From Lama glama (Eukaryota): a DNA stretch of 64,000 nucleotides. The notes beneath the pieces are model-generated. The model did not search any database. It had not been told where the DNA came from and saw only the letters and a list, made by a program, of their open reading frames with translations. This document shows positions 58,932 to 64,000 of this stretch, piece after piece (position 1 is the first letter of the stretch; every line of letters starts with the position of its first letter). The stretch is from the NCBI GenBank assembly GCA_028534125.1, contig CM052819.1, positions 105,524,001 to 105,588,000 of the forward strand, read 5' to 3'. Made by a program: the position numbers and the translations under genes.

Positions 58932-59550
58932 CAGACCCTGCCGGCTGGGCTAGAGGTCCATCCAGCAGGCTGCCCACACTTAACTCCCTGACATGAGGTC
59001 TGTGCCCTCCCCCCAGGCAGGGCTCTTGCTCACATGGAGCCCGAGCCCCCAGCACAGGCCTGTGTCAGCGATGCTCTGAACCAGTGTTGGGGTGAGTGAC
59101 TTCAACACCCTGGGACTTGCCCACCAGTCTGACCAGGCCACAGAGGTTAGGGTCTGGAACGGTCTCCCAGACCACCTGTACCTCCAGGTAGGTGGTCGAA
59201 GGGAAAGAAACCAGGTGGGTGGCTGGGTCACGGCCTGTCTGTTTTGGGGGTGCAGGAGAAGCCACTTTGGTGGCCTGTGACATTGGTTAACACCACACCT
59301 GCCCAGGTGGGACTTGCCCTGTCCTGCCCCAGGTGGCTGGCACCCTGGCTGCGCCACATGCATGCCCCCTCCCTGGCAGGCTTGGGCTCTGAGGGTCAGG
59401 AGGAGGGCCCACAGGGCAGAGGGCCCTGAGCCGGTTGCTGGTGACTCCACAGTGAGGTGGCCATGGGGGCTCACCGTGCGGGGGCTCACTGTGCTGGGGG
59501 TCACCCGCTGCGGCGTCAGACCAGGCTGCCTTCTCGTCTTTGTCAGGCCT

Positions 59551-60170
59551 TTTTTTTAACTTTTTTTAAAAGTTTCTTTCATTGTGGTAGAATATGCATA
59601 ACATAGATTTGCCATTTTAACCATTTTTAAGTGCATTCACACTGTTGAGCAACCATCACCGCTGTCCCATCTCCAGAACTTTTTCAAATCTTCCTAAACT
59701 GAAACTCTGTCCCATTAAACACTGGCTCCCCAGCCCCGGCCAGCCCCTCTCCCCGCCGTCCTGCCTTCAGTCTCTGCGTCTGACTCACCCGGGGACCTCA
59801 GGTGAGAGGACTCTGGCGGTGTATGTCCTCTTAGAACTGGCTTACCTCACCAGCACGACGTCCCCAGAGCTCATCGTGTTGTAGCAGGTGTCAGAATGCC
59901 CTCCTGAGGCTCACGTCCCCTCGCGAACGGGAATGGCCTCCAGGTCGCGCATGCCTTTTGGCTTTGTGCCTCATGCTGCCTTGAACACCGGTGTGCAAGT
60001 GTCTGCGTTCAGCGCTTTGGGGTTTCTCCCCAGACCTGGAGTTGCTAGGTCACGCAGTCATTCTGTTTCAGTTTTTGAGGAGCCACCATGCTGTTATCCA
60101 CAGCGCCTGTGTTTTGCGTTCCCACCCGCCACACACACGAGTTCCAGTTTCCGCATGCGCTCACCTGACG
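59551..60170 (-). mobile_element. Old LINE-1 3' end (L1MB-like)
   Basis: attgtggtagaatatgcataacata...ttaaccatttttaagtg...aaccatcacc...ctccagaactttttc...ctgaaactctgtcccattaaacac. Confidence 0.8.
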
Positions 60171-61077
60171 CAGTTTTAGGTGGCCACCGTCCTGTTGTGC
60201 ACAAGCGTGCGAGGTGGCCGTGGGGCTCCCCCAGGAGCTGCTGTTGGCCTCAGGGGTCATTTCTCAGTGGTTTTGCTGTCCCTACCTGTGCACCATGCTG
60301 GACACCAAGTGACTGGGAGCCCCGGCTGTGATCCTGGGCGGACCTCGGGCTGCGTTGCTGTGGGGTCGCCTGTCCCCCAGGCTCCCCCAGGTGTGCACCT
60401 GGGCTGGGAGCCCCCACTGCCGAAGCCAGAGCTGTGCGGCCAGTGTGAAGGGAGTGGTGATTGGCTTCAGGCGACCACGTACGTGGTGAAAATCCGAAGC
60501 CATGGCCAGTCCAAGAGAGGAAAGGAGCTGTTTCGTGGGGAAGAAATGCCACGGTGCTCTGTGTGCTCGGAGTCCCCCGGGTGTAGGCAGGAGCTGCCAG
60601 GGCTGGGCGCCACAGGCTTCCCAGTGAGGCAGGCCCAGCTCCCTGATGCCCCTTGCAGGCAGCCACGGACTCTCCAGCCAGGTCTGGACCTGTGCTCCCA
60701 GCAGCCCCATGTGAGTCCCTGTGGAGCTGAGGTAGAGTGTTTTGGGTCCCAGGAGGGGGACAGATTCCCATCTGGTGACGGGGAAGACTTGTGGCAAGAG
60801 CTTGAGTGCTGGAAGGATCCAGACGCACTGTGACTGACTGGTGTCCCCAGTCTGTGCTGACACGGTGGGCTGGGGGGAAGAGGACATGGCGGCTGGCGTT
60901 TCTGTACCATGAGAGCGTCTGCCCCGTGGCCACGGTCAGCACTGCCCCCCCACTGGTCCAACGGCAGTGTCTGGCCCAGTTCCTGATCCCTTCTGCTGCG
61001 TGAAATCAGGTGAATCATGTGACCACCAAGGCCATGAAGAAACAGGTGACAACACCTGCTCGCCAGGACTTGGGCTA

Positions 61078-61245
61078 TGTACGTGCATGCGTGTGTGTGT
61101 GTGTGTGTGTGGTTGGGTGTATGTGTGTGTGTGAGTATATGTGCTTGTGTATATAGATGTGTCCGTGCAGGTCTGTGTGTGTGTTGGTGCACGTGTGTGC
61201 ACGCGTGTGTATCACACACGTTATGGGTGTGTACGTGTGTGTGCC
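61078..61245. repeat. Degenerate (TG)n/(TGTGCA)-rich simple repeat
   Basis: Alternating purine-pyrimidine tract gtgtgtgtgt...gtgcacgtgtgtgcacgcgtgtgt. Confidence 0.9.
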
Positions 61246-62349
61246 GCACGTCGGGGAGGCGCCGGCCTGTAGGCCCTGCGTAAACGGTAGTGGTCTTTGC
61301 TTATCATTTTGCAGCATGAGTCACCTGCTCGGAAGAGCGCGGCAGCTATGGGAGAAGCGGCGGCCGCCCAGCCCTCTGAGCAGCTGAGCTTGGCTGCCAG
61401 GTGCAGCAGAACCTTGCGTGAGGAGGTGGGAATGGGGTGGGGTGTTGCTTCCCACCTTAGAAGGAAGCTTCCTTGTTGCTATGGCAACAGCAGCCCAGGA
61501 CCCCTGCCCCCTCCCCTGCTTGCAAGTGCTTCCTTGGCTCCTGGGTGCCCTCGCTGTGCGGGTCCTGGATCCCCACCTCCCTGCTGGAGGGGAGGGGAAC
61601 GTCGGGGCTGGATGTGTGAAACAGGGCCCCAGAGGTGTGCTGACCCCACCTGGGGTTGGGGCTGCTTTTAAAGGCAAGAATCATTGGCTTACTCCTGCCG
61701 TGGTGGAGCCTGGCCCAGCCCGGGGGCCCCCCGGCCCCTGACTTGTGGGCACAACTGCTCCACGTCCCCTGTGGCAGCCGAGGTTCCCTAGGTGCGGGGT
61801 GCCTAGCGAGGGATGCTTCCGTTTCAGGGGGTTTTCTGAGCAGTGTCTGCCGAGGAGAGGCTGGTGGACAAGGTGGAGACAAAGAACAGTCCGCTTGCCG
61901 TGTGGTCTGTGTGGTGTGGCCGAGGGCGGGAGCGGTCCGGGCGTCGGCACCCCGGCGATGAACCTGTGGCGGGTGGGAGGTGGCCCATGGGCCCCGTCCA
62001 CGGGCCCCTGCGCAGGGCATCCCTCCACTGTTCTGAGGGCAGGTGCGCGTGCACAGTGACAGCTATAAAATCCTCTAGGTGCCGTGCAAACACACTGGCC
62101 TCGTGGTCCTTAATTTCCCAGCAGGGACCTCGGAGCGGCCACTGAAACCCTTCAGTTGCGGGCAGGATCGCAAAGGGCCTGACCCCTCTGTGACTCACTG
62201 GTCAGTCTCGGGGTTCTCTGTGCATCTTCCTCCTCATCCTTCAGGGCCCCGGGGCCCCCACTCCTCTCATCCTGTTCCCCCTAGTGTGCCCCCACGTGCC
62301 AGGCACTGTCCGTATCTCCTCTCTGAATGTCACTCAGACTCCTGGAGCA

Positions 62350-62747
62350 GGCGCGTGTGCTCCCTCGGGCCACTGGAACACGTTACCAGAGGGTGGGCGT
62401 CTGGGGCCAGGGTGTGGACGGGGCTGGTTCCTCCTGAGGCTGAGGCACTGTCCCAGCCTCTCCCCCACCTTCTGGGGCTTTGCTGACCGTCTTTGGGCTT
62501 CCTTGGCTTGTAGAAGCATCACCCCAGTCTCTGCCTCCATCGTCACAGGGCGTCTCCCTGCGTGCCTGTCTGCTTCCAGGTGTCCCCGTGTTGTAAGGAC
62601 AGTCGTGTTGGGTTAGCGTCCACCCCAACAACCTCATTTTCACTGGATAATGTTTGCAAAGACCCTGTTTCCAGATAAGGTCAGATCCACAGGTACTGGG
62701 CGGTAGGATGCTAACATGAATTTTGGGGGACACTTAAGTCCTTTACA
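62350..62747 (-). mobile_element. MaLR LTR (MLT1C-like)
   Basis: ccttggcttgtagaagcatcaccccagtctctgcctccatcgtcaca...gcaaagaccctgtttccagataaggtca. Confidence 0.85.
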
Positions 62748-63695
62748 GTGGGCACTAGGATCCCCTTCACAGGAGGGACACTGAGGTGTAGATCAGGGTC
62801 CCCTCTGAGGCCCCGTGCTCACAAGGAGAGGTGGGGACCCAGCTGCTCCCTCTGCAGCCCCACCTGGCGCACACACATGTCTCCTGGCCCTCCTGGGTCT
62901 GTGCGGTCGGGGGCCATGGCTGGTCCTGGCTCTGGGCGTCCCCTTGAGGCCCTCGGGTCCCCTGGGACTTGGGCTGAAGGACTGGTGGTCAGGGCTGCCC
63001 TGGAGGACGCCCACCCCTCGTCCTCACAGGCCTCAGAGAACTCTCGTTTTCTGTTGGGTCACGTCCTGTTTAGAGTTGCCCGGACCCCTCAGAAGCCCCT
63101 CGGTGGCCCCGGCCCAGCATCACGCCTCTGCCTGTGAGCAGGTGGCGCAGTGGGGCCCTTGGTACCGGTCTGGAACCCCAGCTGTGTAACCCGTCGACCA
63201 TTTGCCCGCTGGAGGTAGCGGTCAGCCCTGGCTTGTCTGGTCCAGGGCCCCTCGGGTCTTGTGCACCCCCCGCGCCCACCCCTGTCGTGGGTAGCGTGAC
63301 TTTTTGGCTCCAGAAGGGTGTTCCCGGGGTGGGGGGGAGGCGCAGGGACACAGCGGGACTTGGAGGAAATTTATGGAATGCAAGTACCATTGCCCGCGGC
63401 TCCTTCTCAAAGGTCCTCCTCGGTATTTCCTGCCTCGCCGTCACACTGCCCTGCGCCTCCTGCTTCGGGCTGAGGGCAGATGGCAGGAGCACTGAAGTAC
63501 TTCTCATCAAGAATCTCATGGTGCCCGAGCTGGCCCCGAACAGGAAGCTCCTTGAGACTTGTCGCCGGAAGTCTCTGCGTCGACAGTGGGTGCCGCGTGT
63601 GGCCTGTGGTCCTGTGGGGACACTGGACTCAGCCTGGGGAGGGTGCCAGCCGTGCGTGGGGTTCACAGCAGTCTGGAGGAAAGTGGGAAGCCGCC

Positions 63696-64000
63696 GCGTT
63701 AGTCATCTCGGCTGTCGTAACAAAGCACTGCAGACGGGGGTGTGAAGGACAGAAGTTCATTTTCTCACAGTCTGGAGGCTGGAATCCGAGACCTCGGGTC
63801 AGCAGGGTCCCCCGCGGCCTCTCTCCTGGGCGTGCAGATGGCCGTCTCCTCCTGGGGCCTCGCATGTGTCCCTCCGTGCGCCTCTGTGTCCTGATCTCCC
63901 CCTTCCACGGGGACACCAGTCAGAATTAGCACCCACACTGGTGGCCCCATTGTAACTTAGTCACCTCTTTAAAGGCCCCACTTCCGAATATAGTCACGTG
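63696..64000 (-). mobile_element. MaLR LTR (MLT1B-like), runs off window
   Basis: ggctgtcgtaacaaagcac...ttctcacagtctggaggctgg...ggacaccagtcaga...tcacctctttaaaggcccc. Confidence 0.85.

Noticed and set aside
60467-61387. His/Thr- and Cys/Val-rich ORFs
   Set aside because: Translations of the (TG)n/(CA)n simple repeat.
63070-63745. Opposing ORFs of about 200 aa and a coding-looking minus-strand stretch (LKELPVRGQLGHHEILDEKYF); considered as the ICOSLG 3' end
   Set aside because: No similarity to any protein I recognise, no Ig or TM features, and one ORF runs into an MLT1 LTR. A BLASTx search would settle it.

Overview
Mammalian genomic DNA, GC-rich and subtelomere-like. A tRNA-derived SINE and an L1 3' tail suggest a camelid. 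It carries three + strand intron-containing genes in the order known from human chr21q22.3: the 3' part of TRAPPC10 (12 coding exons, 710-20853, long 3'UTR to about 23.9 kb), the complete PWP2 (21 coding exons, 24625-38080, 919 aa) and the complete GATD3/C21orf33/ES1 (7 coding exons, 46402-55924, 274 aa). Exons were placed by hand from translation, splice sites and phase arithmetic. Two minor-spliceosome (U12) introns are present: GT-AG in TRAPPC10 (851-1122) and AT-AC as the last intron of GATD3 (54648-55795). The PWP2-GATD3 gap (about 38.5-46.0 kb) is almost entirely a decayed class I endogenous retrovirus: LTR remnant, Ile-tRNA-like PBS, gag matrix, integrase and EnvV-like env remnants, and a 3' LTR abutting the GATD3 promoter. 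Its env is interrupted by a solo LTR and an L1. The rest is old L1, MLT1 and Charlie fragments, simple repeats and one 100-N gap. Most ORF-track entries are GC-content artefacts. I found no convincing wholly new biological system. The best leads are regulatory or evolutionary: U12 introns, the ERV/LTR-promoter junction, a duplicated NRF1 module, a uORF, Pumilio sites and an RFX element. Comparisons to human proteins and repeat consensuses are from memory, not database searches.
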